Shown here in pieces: positions 1 through 8,510 of a DNA stretch of 64,000 nucleotides (the stretch's first letter is position 1; every line of letters begins with the position of its first letter). The DNA lies in the IMG/VR virus record IMGVR_UViG_3300025133_000037, positions 32,001 to 96,000 of that record; one strand, written 5' to 3'. The DNA is from a virus. Position numbers and translations under genes: made by a program. The notes under the pieces are model-generated. The model made no database searches. It saw only the letters and a program-made list of their open reading frames with translations, and was not told where the DNA came from.

Positions 1-316
1 TATTATTGTCAGCCAATGCAGCTTCCGCAAGTACTCTTAGGTCGTCAATGACTTCGTTTTGAAGGTCATCATCTGAAGTTAAATCCTCATCATCTTCGGC
101 GCTATCAGAAGTTATTTTGCTGACTGCTTCGGCTGTAGCATTAGCCTGCTCCTCTAAGCCCTTTAATTCTTGAGTCTGCTTGGCAGCATCTTCTGCTATT
201 TTTTGCTGCAAAATATCTGCTCTACGAACTGTATCTAGAACTATCTTTTCAAGCTCTTGAAACACTTCGCTTTTATTGTAGTGAAATTTGTCTTCCTTGC
301 TCCATGAATTAGGCAT
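1..316 (-). CDS. Hypothetical acidic head-cluster protein (3' end runs off the window)
   Basis: Not in ORF track. Translated by hand from ATG at 316 with GGAG RBS: MPNSWSKEDKFHYNKSEVFQELEK...QQKIAEDAAK...DSAEDDED...IDDLRVLAEAALADNN, open to position 1. Confidence 0.8.
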   Translation of the reverse strand, partial: MPNSWSKEDKFHYNKSEVFQELEKIVLDTVRRADILQQKIAEDAAKQTQELKGLEEQANATAEAVSKITSDSAEDDEDLTSDDDLQNEVIDDLRVLAEAALADNN

Positions 317-354
317 TAGTGTCTCCAGATAAATGTTATTTCATCACATTTTAA

Positions 355-364
355 ATAATTAGTA
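355..364 (-). promoter_or_regulatory. Candidate late-promoter element (TACTAATTAT)
   Basis: One of a recurring CTAWTWWW intergenic set; ~39 nt upstream of ATG 316. Confidence 0.45.
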
Positions 365-378
365 GTTTGTAAACGTCT

Positions 379-1071
379 CTATAACAGCATAAATTCTAGT
401 GTTCCGATTGCCGCCGAGGGAGGGCCGGTACACACTGCTACGCCAGGATGATTATCAGTCGGTTGGGACGAGGTTAACTTTCCGTCTAACCCAACATATA
501 ATGTGCAATTTACAGGAAACATTTGAGTTGTATCAAACTGATCTGTTGCATATATACCTCTTTGATAATGGATGGTGATTCTTCCGCTGCCGACAGTTGT
601 ATCATCCCCCGGCTTTCCAGCTATTCTATATATATAATTGGTAACTATCTTAAAGCTATCATATGTCCCATCACCTGATGAATCATAATTAAGCTCTGTT
701 CCAGACGGCACAGTTATAACTCCATTAACAGTATTCAATACAATTGAAATTGTCGAGGTAAAGCTACTCTCTATAATATGAGGAAACTCCAAAACACCAG
801 TGACTTCAACTGTACTAACCCGATTCCCATTATCATCTATTTCTGATGATTGGGCATCAATAATTACAACCTCATCTACTTGAGCCCTTGTGAAAGCCGA
901 AGTTCTTACGTCATCAATAATGCCCAAAGGGGCTGTACCATCACTTACACTTGCCACAATATCATTCCCAATTAAGCCTAATTGAGCAAACATTCCTGGC
1001 TCAAACTCGGCTGTTGGGTCAACAGACAAGCTCATTGGTAATGCATTTCCGCTATGAATAACCTTTAGCAA
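379..1071 (-). CDS. Putative capsid decoration/cement-like structural protein
   Basis: 230 aa, beta-rich; TDQFDT and LYVGLDGKLTS-type motifs plus a hydrophobic C-terminus resemble head decoration proteins; lies downstream of the protease/scaffold gene. Confidence 0.5.
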   Translation of the reverse strand: MLKVIHSGNALPMSLSVDPTAEFEPGMFAQLGLIGNDIVASVSDGTAPLGIIDDVRTSAFTRAQVDEVVIIDAQSSEIDDNGNRVSTVEVTGVLEFPHIIESSFTSTISIVLNTVNGVITVPSGTELNYDSSGDGTYDSFKIVTNYIYRIAGKPGDDTTVGSGRITIHYQRGIYATDQFDTTQMFPVNCTLYVGLDGKLTSSQPTDNHPGVAVCTGPPSAAIGTLEFMLL

Positions 1072-1096
1072 CTTGTTTTCTCCACATTAAAGTATA

Positions 1097-1129
1097 AAAA
1101 GGGAGGGAAATATTCTTTCCCTCCCTTTT
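1097..1129 (-). terminator. Intrinsic terminator-like hairpin
   Basis: AAAAGGGAGGGAAA-TATTC-TTTCCCTCCCTTTT, a perfect 14-bp inverted repeat; T-run follows on the minus strand. Confidence 0.75.
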
Positions 1130-1133
1130 ATTT

Positions 1134-1147
1134 TACTATTAATAGTA
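1134..1147. promoter_or_regulatory. Palindromic copy of the candidate element (TACTATTAATAGTA)
   Basis: Perfect 14-bp palindrome containing the motif on both strands. Confidence 0.4.
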
Positions 1148-1160
1148 ATTAATCTCTGTC

Positions 1161-1715
1161 TTAGTTGCCGATTTTATTCATCGTTGCTAAAACCATATCT
1201 GCTGCAAACTGATCACCAGCAGAGGAGAAGCTAGTAGCCATTTTATTAAGGGTGTTTAATAAATCACCCTTTCTATTAGACTCTTTAACCAAATCTCCTC
1301 TTATACTTTCCGCAGTAGCCTCAACAACATCTGCTGCAAAACCTTCGCCCTTGCTTCTTAGGCCAGCAGAAATTCTGCCTAAGCCTGACATAATATATTC
1401 TCCACGAGGATTTAAAGGATTGTTTCCAACCTTTTTCTCAGAACCCTTACTTGAGCTATATGTCTCCATATCATTTATTTCATTTTCAATTAAGCTAGAA
1501 GTATCAGCTGCAAGCGATTCAGAGTCCGGCTCATCTACTAATAGATCAGCAATTTCGTTTTCAAAAGTATCAGCAATTTCGTCCACATCAGCTGTGTCAG
1601 CAGCAACGCCCCCGACATCCTCGCTTTGCGCAACTTTCTTTATACTTTGAGACTTGCCCACAAGTCTTGAAAACTCCTGGGCAATCCCGTCTCCATTTCC
1701 TCTAATGCTATACAT
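1161..1715 (-). CDS. Hypothetical acidic protein, probable internal head protein
   Basis: 184 aa, GGGG RBS; two copies of a G-x-x-FAADxV helical repeat; IKKVAQ motif. Confidence 0.75.
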   Translation of the reverse strand: MYSIRGNGDGIAQEFSRLVGKSQSIKKVAQSEDVGGVAADTADVDEIADTFENEIADLLVDEPDSESLAADTSSLIENEINDMETYSSSKGSEKKVGNNPLNPRGEYIMSGLGRISAGLRSKGEGFAADVVEATAESIRGDLVKESNRKGDLLNTLNKMATSFSSAGDQFAADMVLATMNKIGN

Positions 1716-1724
1716 ATAATCCCC

Positions 1725-4700
1725 CTACTCCCACAAAGATGATAAGGTATCAGCGGACATCAGTCTTGGGCTAACGCCTACACCATTGTCTGCTTCAACG
1801 CCAATGTTTACTCCGCCAAGGTCTGACGCTACTTTAACGGTACCTACTGGTCTTGCGTTTGCAATACTTCGCTTGAAGGCTTCAAATGCATTATCATCAA
1901 AGGTCATGATATCATCAACCTGTCTATCTAAAGACGCCTTTGATGCGGGCAAAAGACCCTTTCTCTGCATATCCATTCCGACATCATATGCCCTGCGCAA
2001 CTTCACTCGATAAGCCTCTCTTGCCTCATCTTGCTTCTTAGTCTCAACCTTATTGGCCAAAGCTTCTTTTACAGGATTTGCTACAGCGGTCTTCTGCGAG
2101 GCCTGATGAGCCTTGGACGCCTCTGCTTGGAGTTCATCGCCATCGTCATCAACTTCGGATACAGCCGCTGGAAAATCATCTAAAGCATCTTCTGCAACCT
2201 CATCACCTTCGTCGTCCATATCCATAGCGGACTTCAACATAGCTTCGCGATTTGCTGCGCGACTTGCCAAAACTCGATCATCAGCCTGCTTTAAAATAGC
2301 TTCTCTTCGAGATTTGCGCAAACTCATAGCAGAAGCGATAAGCTCATCAACAGCCGCATCCTCTGCGGAGTCTTCAACGTCATTTACGTAATCTTCTTCG
2401 CCAGCGTCCAAAGCATCTTCTGCATAATTAACCGAATCTTCTACATTATTGGAGCTAGTTACATTCGCCTCTAATGACGTAGCAACACGTACCAATGCCT
2501 TAGTTTCTCCAGTGATTTGGTCAGCATCTCTAACGGCATGACTTGCCAGCTTGACAAACTCCCCTCTCTGAGAGGATGATAGCTTTGAAATATTATCATA
2601 GGTTTCTGCAACCATTGATAACTCATCTGCAGCATCATCAAGCTTTCTATAAGCAGTCTTAAGGTTCTTTATAACATTGCTAGAAAGAGCTCCTAAGCCA
2701 GCCTCTATTTGCTCACCCTCTTCGCCCTCGCCCTTGCCGGTGAAAACGTTGACATCTACATCGGCCATAGTTGAATCTTCAAGTTGGCTAACATAATCTC
2801 TAACTTCATCCAAAAGCTGCTCCATCTCTGCAAGTCTATCGTCAATCTCCTTTGAGGGATCTTCCTCTTCGTCTTCGCCCTCTCCTTCGGCACCTTCGTC
2901 CAATGGAGGCAGGGGCTCGGCATCTAATGGAGGCAATTCTCCGCCGCCTTCTCCGCCTTCCTCAGGAAGAGGGGGAAGTTCTCCGCCGCCCTCTTCAGGA
3001 AGAGGAGGAAGTTCTTGAGCGGCCTTTAAAAGACCAGCAACTCGGTCTAATCCCGCAACTCGTATCTGGCCGCAAACTTCTTTGCCGTACTCACGGCTCT
3101 TTAGCCATTCCCAATTTTCATTTAATTCTGGGCCAAAAATTTCTTGCCCAGTAGCGGCAATTACTCTTTTGTTTCCCGCAAAAACTTCTAAGACACTCGC
3201 GGCCTTATTTACAGACCCATTTCCATTGCGCCTAACTGTAAAGCGCGTACTGAGACCAGGACCATTATAAGCCCTAGCTCTACTCACCTTCTCTTTAGAC
3301 TCCTTGTCTCCGGGCCACATGCCATCAGTTCCGCCCATATTTCCATCTTGATGCATCTGCTTATCTTTATTCCAGTCATATGTTTCACCCTTATAGGTGT
3401 TAGGCTCAGCACCTTCGGATCCGCCCTGCATGTAGGCTAACCTGCGGAGTCTTCGCTCCTCAAGCTTTGCCCGACTGAGCTTCTCCTTAGATTCCTTATC
3501 GCCTGGCCACATACCATCTGCACCGCCTGTGTTTCCATCTTGATGCATCTGCTTATCTTTATTCCAGTCATATGTTTCACCCTTATAGGTGTTAGGCTCT
3601 GCGCCCTCAGAGCCACCTTGCATATAAGCGATTCGACGGCGAAGCTCTGCCCTTTTTCTTAGTCTTGACTCATTCATAATATCCTCCACGATTGAATTGA
3701 TTGAAAAGTCGTCCACAAAATCCATGCTATCACCGCCATCATTAGCCGTCTTAACGTTTCGATTTTGCTTACCGGTAGCTACCGTCACAGCTTTGCCGCC
3801 TGACGGATTATTAAATGATAAAATATCATCTCTTGGTGAAAAATCAGGGTTATCCCCGGTATCTCCACCTCCTGCGAGACCCATCCTGGATGTTGCAGAA
3901 CTTAACTCTGCGCCACCGCCAGGAGTTGAGGCCTCATTGGAATTCTCATAAGAAGTAAACCTCTCAGTTGGTGTTTCTGAAAGGTCTTCTCTTGTTGTTG
4001 TTTTTAACTGACTTACTAACTGACGTATAACGTCTTTTATATCATCCTCTACGGACGGATCGCTCAGAAGTCCTGCCGCTCCAGTTGTAGCCTTTAACGC
4101 CTCGGCATTATTTCGCATTTTTTCTGAGCTATCAGTAAAGTTATTTTCAGAAACTTTTAAAAGACCATTATTTGATAAAAAACTTTTTACAATATTTGTC
4201 CGATCCTCTATGGAGCAACCGCCTAATCCACAGGCAGTTTTCATTATTCCCTCTAAATGTTTGGCCTGATTAAGGTTTAATCTTCCAAGCATAGCGCTAA
4301 CGTTGTCTACTCCATAGGTCGAAAATTCTTCTTTATACTCATTTAATGAGGCAATGCACTTTAAAAGAATAGCGCCAGGCTCTGCCGGCTGAACAACAAG
4401 GCTATACTCTATCGGCTTTAAGCCGACATTTATTTCACCATGAGCATTTTTATTTGTTATATGATTGCAATACTCATCTTGATTTGTAGCTCGATTTCCA
4501 CAATCAGAACAAATAGAGGTTTCAACCGCAGTTCCCATAGAGCCATATCTAACAAGGCCTGTCTCGACTTTGCGTGCCAAATCTGGATAATTAATCTTGT
4601 CTAACGCGCAAAGCCCAATTACCTGCTTATACTTTTCATCATAATGTGTGTCTAAAATTATTCCACGAATTCCATCTACCGAGCTTGACTCATGGTCTCT

Positions 4701-5066
4701 GCATAGTGGAAGACCCACCCAGCTTGCCGTAGCTTTTTTTAATTCTGATTCTGGAAATATGTCTTTATTGTTATTTCTATGTGGCTGAACATTCCCGTGC
4801 CATTTCCAATTTTCATCAAAAAAGCCCCAAGCATCTTCTCCTGCTACTTTTTTGATGGAACCATTATCATCAAGCAGGGAGGACTCTGCGGCTTTTAGAA
4901 AGATTATAGAAAAATAAAGAAAGTCGTCTGACTTTGGAGCTATATTTTTAATGCTTTTTGCTAACTTAGAAAATGTTTGAACTATCTTTGGATTTGCAAT
5001 AATTTCATCGTGGTCACAGGTCCCAACAACATTGTTCTCTGGAGAAGAACATATTTTTTTAAACAT
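1725..5066 (-). CDS. Prohead maturation protease (HK97/assemblin-fold) fused to a long acidic scaffold-like region
   Basis: N-terminal NNNKDIF...LCRDH...GSMG...SICSDCG...CNH...EIN...EYSLVVQPAEPGA pattern typical of phage prohead proteases; followed by ~800 aa of acidic coiled-coil and low-complexity sequence; downstream of portal. Confidence 0.7.
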   Translation of the reverse strand: MFKKICSSPENNVVGTCDHDEIIANPKIVQTFSKLAKSIKNIAPKSDDFLYFSIIFLKAAESSLLDDNGSIKKVAGEDAWGFFDENWKWHGNVQPHRNNNKDIFPESELKKATASWVGLPLCRDHESSSVDGIRGIILDTHYDEKYKQVIGLCALDKINYPDLARKVETGLVRYGSMGTAVETSICSDCGNRATNQDEYCNHITNKNAHGEINVGLKPIEYSLVVQPAEPGAILLKCIASLNEYKEEFSTYGVDNVSAMLGRLNLNQAKHLEGIMKTACGLGGCSIEDRTNIVKSFLSNNGLLKVSENNFTDSSEKMRNNAEALKATTGAAGLLSDPSVEDDIKDVIRQLVSQLKTTTREDLSETPTERFTSYENSNEASTPGGGAELSSATSRMGLAGGGDTGDNPDFSPRDDILSFNNPSGGKAVTVATGKQNRNVKTANDGGDSMDFVDDFSINSIVEDIMNESRLRKRAELRRRIAYMQGGSEGAEPNTYKGETYDWNKDKQMHQDGNTGGADGMWPGDKESKEKLSRAKLEERRLRRLAYMQGGSEGAEPNTYKGETYDWNKDKQMHQDGNMGGTDGMWPGDKESKEKVSRARAYNGPGLSTRFTVRRNGNGSVNKAASVLEVFAGNKRVIAATGQEIFGPELNENWEWLKSREYGKEVCGQIRVAGLDRVAGLLKAAQELPPLPEEGGGELPPLPEEGGEGGGELPPLDAEPLPPLDEGAEGEGEDEEEDPSKEIDDRLAEMEQLLDEVRDYVSQLEDSTMADVDVNVFTGKGEGEEGEQIEAGLGALSSNVIKNLKTAYRKLDDAADELSMVAETYDNISKLSSSQRGEFVKLASHAVRDADQITGETKALVRVATSLEANVTSSNNVEDSVNYAEDALDAGEEDYVNDVEDSAEDAAVDELIASAMSLRKSRREAILKQADDRVLASRAANREAMLKSAMDMDDEGDEVAEDALDDFPAAVSEVDDDGDELQAEASKAHQASQKTAVANPVKEALANKVETKKQDEAREAYRVKLRRAYDVGMDMQRKGLLPASKASLDRQVDDIMTFDDNAFEAFKRSIANARPVGTVKVASDLGGVNIGVEADNGVGVSPRLMSADTLSSLWE
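3276..3630 (-). repeat. Intragenic tandem duplication, 192-nt (64-aa) period, 2 copies
   Basis: AYMQGGSEGAEPNTYKGETYDWNKDKQMHQDGNxGGxDGMWPGDKESKEKxSRA occurs twice; 3340-3407 is identical to 3532-3599. Confidence 0.95.
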
Positions 5067-5109
5067 AGCTAGCCCTTTACGTAAAAAGAAGTGATCAGAT
5101 ATTTATATA

Positions 5110-5119
5110 AATATTAGTG
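5110..5119 (-). promoter_or_regulatory. Candidate late-promoter element (CACTAATATT)
   Basis: Upstream of the protease/scaffold gene. Confidence 0.45.
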
Positions 5120-5161
5120 TAACTATTTTTTGTGTAATTTTTTTTTGAATTACATAGTTTT

Positions 5162-5335
5162 TTATTCTTTTTCTTCTTTTTTTATATGATTTCTTATTGC
5201 CTTAATTCTTCTATCATTTTCATCATCTGAATCTAAATAGATGATATCCTCTTCTTCTTCATCAGGCATATCATACCCATCTTTAGAGTTTTTTACTATG
5301 ATTTTCTTTGTTTTATCGCCAAACTTTATAAACAT
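5162..5335 (-). CDS. Small hypothetical protein (57 aa)
   Basis: Below ORF-track cutoff. MFIKFGDKTKKIIVKNSKDGYDMPDEEEEDIIYLDSDDENDRRIKAIRNHIKKEEKE; ATG 2 nt after the upstream stop with GGAG RBS; fills the gap. Confidence 0.7.
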   Translation of the reverse strand: MFIKFGDKTKKIIVKNSKDGYDMPDEEEEDIIYLDSDDENDRRIKAIRNHIKKEEKE

Positions 5336-5337
5336 AA

Positions 5338-7629
5338 TTACTCCGCTAAAATTACTATACCCAATATATTAGAAGTAATATATTCTTTCGTACGGTCTAA
5401 GGTGGTCTTAAGATCTTCTAATGTTGATTCTGTATTTTTTGTTTTTTCAGTTAAACTCTCAGCAAAATTATCAGTATCAATTATTGATATTAAATCAAAA
5501 ACTTCCTTTATAGATTCCGATAGACTCTTTGCAGAGAGGGCCGCAGAATCAATTATCTCTGCAGTGGTAGAGACATCTTTTATTGAGTTTAATATTTTTA
5601 TTCCATTTTTAATATTAATTAAAAGCCTTTTCGTTATTCTGGAGTTTCTTTTGCATGATTGATGATACTCCCCCTTGCTGCCGGCTACAGCCTCAGCCTC
5701 TCCCTTGATTTTTTCATACTCTTCTATATTCTTGTTTAAGTTTTCTATCAAGGTGCTGCACATATCATATGATCTTCCAAAATAACGCAAAGCATTTTTC
5801 GCTTCACTTTTGACACCATCTGGAACCGGAATTCCCGCAGACTTAATAATATTACCCGCACGCACAACTACGTTATGCTTTGGATATCTGCCTTTAATTG
5901 CTGAGAAAATATCTTTTGTCCCATAATGTGATGGAACCTGAATGATTTCTGGCTTAATAGCAAAGTTAGAGCTTCCCATCCGAACCTTAACCTCTTCCTC
6001 TAAAAGCCTGATTAAGACGCCGGGGTCCTTGTCCCCTCTTGATGCAAAAACAATTTTAGTCGTAACATCCTTTGACGCCTTATATAATTCGTCTACAAAT
6101 AATATTTTGTTATTATTTTTTAAAATATTATTTTGCAAATATTCATTTAAATTAATTGAGTATTTTGAATTTATTTTTTTATAAAAATCTTTTTTAATCA
6201 AATCTGATAATGAAACTTTTATAAAACCTCCACAAGCAGAGAATGTCTCTCCATATAATCCCCGGGCTATCCGAGCATTATGCGCAGGGGGCGATTGCCT
6301 ATACAGCCTTACCTCTTCATCCGAAAGCAAAGAGTCAAGGTCAAAAACTAATACTTGGCTCTTATGGGAAATGCTTGATGATGCATTTTTAACTATTGAA
6401 TGTATTTGGCTTTGATTTTCTTTGTTATTTATTATATATAAATTATTTCCAGAGATCTTATATAAGCCTGTATCTAAAGTTTTGGAGGTTTTGAATATAC
6501 ATCTGTTTAGACCAAGCTCATCTAGCGCAAAGGCCTCTTTTGCAAAGCGCTCTCCAGATCGCTCTCCATACCTTATATGAATTGAGTCCAATTCTTTAAT
6601 ACCAAGGGTGTCTGACAATCCTCCGGATATTTCCAAAACAGCCTTGGTGCCAGCGCAAGAAAAAACCTCTAATGATCCAGGCATAATATTTTTATATAAC
6701 TTTTTTATCCTATTATCTTCATCAATGAACGCTATATCAATGGGGAAGCTAACGGTGCCCATGTGAAAAAAAGCATCAGTAGGCTTCTTATATGGAAATA
6801 ATAATCCCGATCTATCTCCAAGGTTTGAATAAACCTGTAGACCATCAATTTTTTCTTTAGAAGTTATAGCAACATCGCATTCAAAAGAAATTTCAGACCC
6901 ATCTTTTGAATTATAATGTTTTACTGTAGCTATCTTGTCTAATTCGTTTTTTTCAACTAAATATTTTTTTATTGATCCAAAATGTTTTGCCACAATAGAA
7001 AATCCAATATTTTTAATTGAGTCAGAAATATCAATAGATCCAGAGGAAATTACAAGCCCATATCCAGTAGGTCTTAAGTGTGAGTAAATATTTTTTAAAG
7101 TAATTTTGGCAACTTCTTTATCATCAATTGCTTTGGACATATAAAATCCATCAAACTTTCTTCCAAAAGAATGGAACATAGGGTCACCATATTCCTGGTG
7201 ATAGTCCTGTATATTTATATTGTCTGACGAATGCTTTAGCAAGGTCACTAGACTATGACCATCTTTTAATAAAATATCTGTATCCATATAAGTGTGAGGG
7301 CCCAGACCTAATACGGCAGAGTCTTTCTGTAAAAAATTTCTAAACTTATTAGAAAAATGGGAAAGAACCTCTAGATCATCCTCCGCCTCATCTTCTGCCA
7401 CCTCTTCTGCCGCCGGGAAGAATACGCCTCCCGAGAAGCTTATTGGCACCTCCAGGTCGTGAGACAAATGTTTTTCAGAAGTCATTGTGCTGTATCCTGG
7501 GGTGGAAGTGTCCCTATCCATATCCCCGGGCAAAGCTTCCTGTATATCAAAATCAGTATCCCCCGATGGAGACATTGATCCCATTTCTCTCTCTGTATCT
7601 CCTATATATGGCCACGACACTTTTCTCAT
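5338..7629 (-). CDS. Multidomain protein containing a DUF192 domain
   Basis: 763 aa; VA-x-T-x-x-E-x-x-x-GL...GLLF...FHMGTVSFPIDIAFID...AVLEISGG is the DUF192 signature; C-terminal coiled coil. Confidence 0.75.
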   Translation of the reverse strand: MRKVSWPYIGDTEREMGSMSPSGDTDFDIQEALPGDMDRDTSTPGYSTMTSEKHLSHDLEVPISFSGGVFFPAAEEVAEDEAEDDLEVLSHFSNKFRNFLQKDSAVLGLGPHTYMDTDILLKDGHSLVTLLKHSSDNINIQDYHQEYGDPMFHSFGRKFDGFYMSKAIDDKEVAKITLKNIYSHLRPTGYGLVISSGSIDISDSIKNIGFSIVAKHFGSIKKYLVEKNELDKIATVKHYNSKDGSEISFECDVAITSKEKIDGLQVYSNLGDRSGLLFPYKKPTDAFFHMGTVSFPIDIAFIDEDNRIKKLYKNIMPGSLEVFSCAGTKAVLEISGGLSDTLGIKELDSIHIRYGERSGERFAKEAFALDELGLNRCIFKTSKTLDTGLYKISGNNLYIINNKENQSQIHSIVKNASSSISHKSQVLVFDLDSLLSDEEVRLYRQSPPAHNARIARGLYGETFSACGGFIKVSLSDLIKKDFYKKINSKYSINLNEYLQNNILKNNNKILFVDELYKASKDVTTKIVFASRGDKDPGVLIRLLEEEVKVRMGSSNFAIKPEIIQVPSHYGTKDIFSAIKGRYPKHNVVVRAGNIIKSAGIPVPDGVKSEAKNALRYFGRSYDMCSTLIENLNKNIEEYEKIKGEAEAVAGSKGEYHQSCKRNSRITKRLLINIKNGIKILNSIKDVSTTAEIIDSAALSAKSLSESIKEVFDLISIIDTDNFAESLTEKTKNTESTLEDLKTTLDRTKEYITSNILGIVILAE

Positions 7630-7669
7630 TATATCTCCTGATGTATTTTATACTAAAAATAGCAGAATA

Positions 7670-7969
7670 TCATAATCTTCTTAACAATTCGTTTAATACG
7701 ACATTTATAAAATATGGGTCTTTTCCGTTCAAAACATTCTTGACCAATCCGATGCTAACCCCTATGGCTGCTCCTCCCGGAGATTTTTTGCCAGCTATCT
7801 CCATAACATTAAATAACGAAACCTTGCCATGCACGTTTTGAAAAGACTTCATCCTTGACTCTGGAGACATATTATTTATCATAATCTTTATCATATTATG
7901 CAATTGCTCAGCAACATATACTGCATTTTGCTCAAGCATTTGTGCTTCTTTTTTTAATTCATCGGACAT
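7670..7969 (-). CDS. Hypothetical protein (start revised to MSDELKK)
   Basis: ATG at 7969 overlaps the end of the upstream gene; 99 aa; LKKEAQ motif. Confidence 0.7.
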   Translation of the reverse strand: MSDELKKEAQMLEQNAVYVAEQLHNMIKIMINNMSPESRMKSFQNVHGKVSLFNVMEIAGKKSPGGAAIGVSIGLVKNVLNGKDPYFINVVLNELLRRL

Positions 7970-8510
7970 ATTCTTTCGCCTTAGCACTACTCGCCTGGTA
8001 AGCAGCTCTGGTAGCTGTAGATATATCATTTCCCATAATCATATTCGATTTTAAAGTTTTATTATATTCTTTTGTTATTTCTACAAAAACTTTATTTTTA
8101 TTTAGAATATCTGATTCTGCTATTTTTACAATTAAATCTCCAAATAATGATGAATAATCTAAAAACTTTTGCTCTGCTACTTTTTTTATTAAAAAATCAG
8201 CAATCCCAGCAAGCGCCACTTCGTCTTGCTTATCCATATCGTCCCCCAACTCCACCAACATGTTTAGCAGATCATCATAATCAAGCCTGCTTTGCCTTCT
8301 GGGCTTCTTTCTTGGCAGCACAGGGGTCTCCTCTAGCTCCGTAATATTCGCGGGCCACACGCCCTCTCCAGGCTTAGACCAGCCCCTAGCGCCTCCGCCG
8401 GGAGAGTCAGCGGAAAAGCCCTCTTCTGCCGGATGAGGAGTGGGCAAATCACACGATCTTATAGGCCGCCTCGGAGAGGGCCTTTTGTTTCTATATGATT
8501 TCTTTTTCAT
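7959..8510 (-). CDS. Hypothetical protein, probable head-associated
   Basis: 183 aa; ATGA overlap with upstream gene; carries helical module LGDDMDKQDEVALAGIADFLIKKVA. Confidence 0.75.
   Translation of the reverse strand: MKKKSYRNKRPSPRRPIRSCDLPTPHPAEEGFSADSPGGGARGWSKPGEGVWPANITELEETPVLPRKKPRRQSRLDYDDLLNMLVELGDDMDKQDEVALAGIADFLIKKVAEQKFLDYSSLFGDLIVKIAESDILNKNKVFVEITKEYNKTLKSNMIMGNDISTATRAAYQASSAKAKEYVR

Noticed and set aside
379-1071. Major capsid protein
   Set aside because: Too short (230 aa) and lacks recognisable HK97-fold features; it fits a decoration-type protein better
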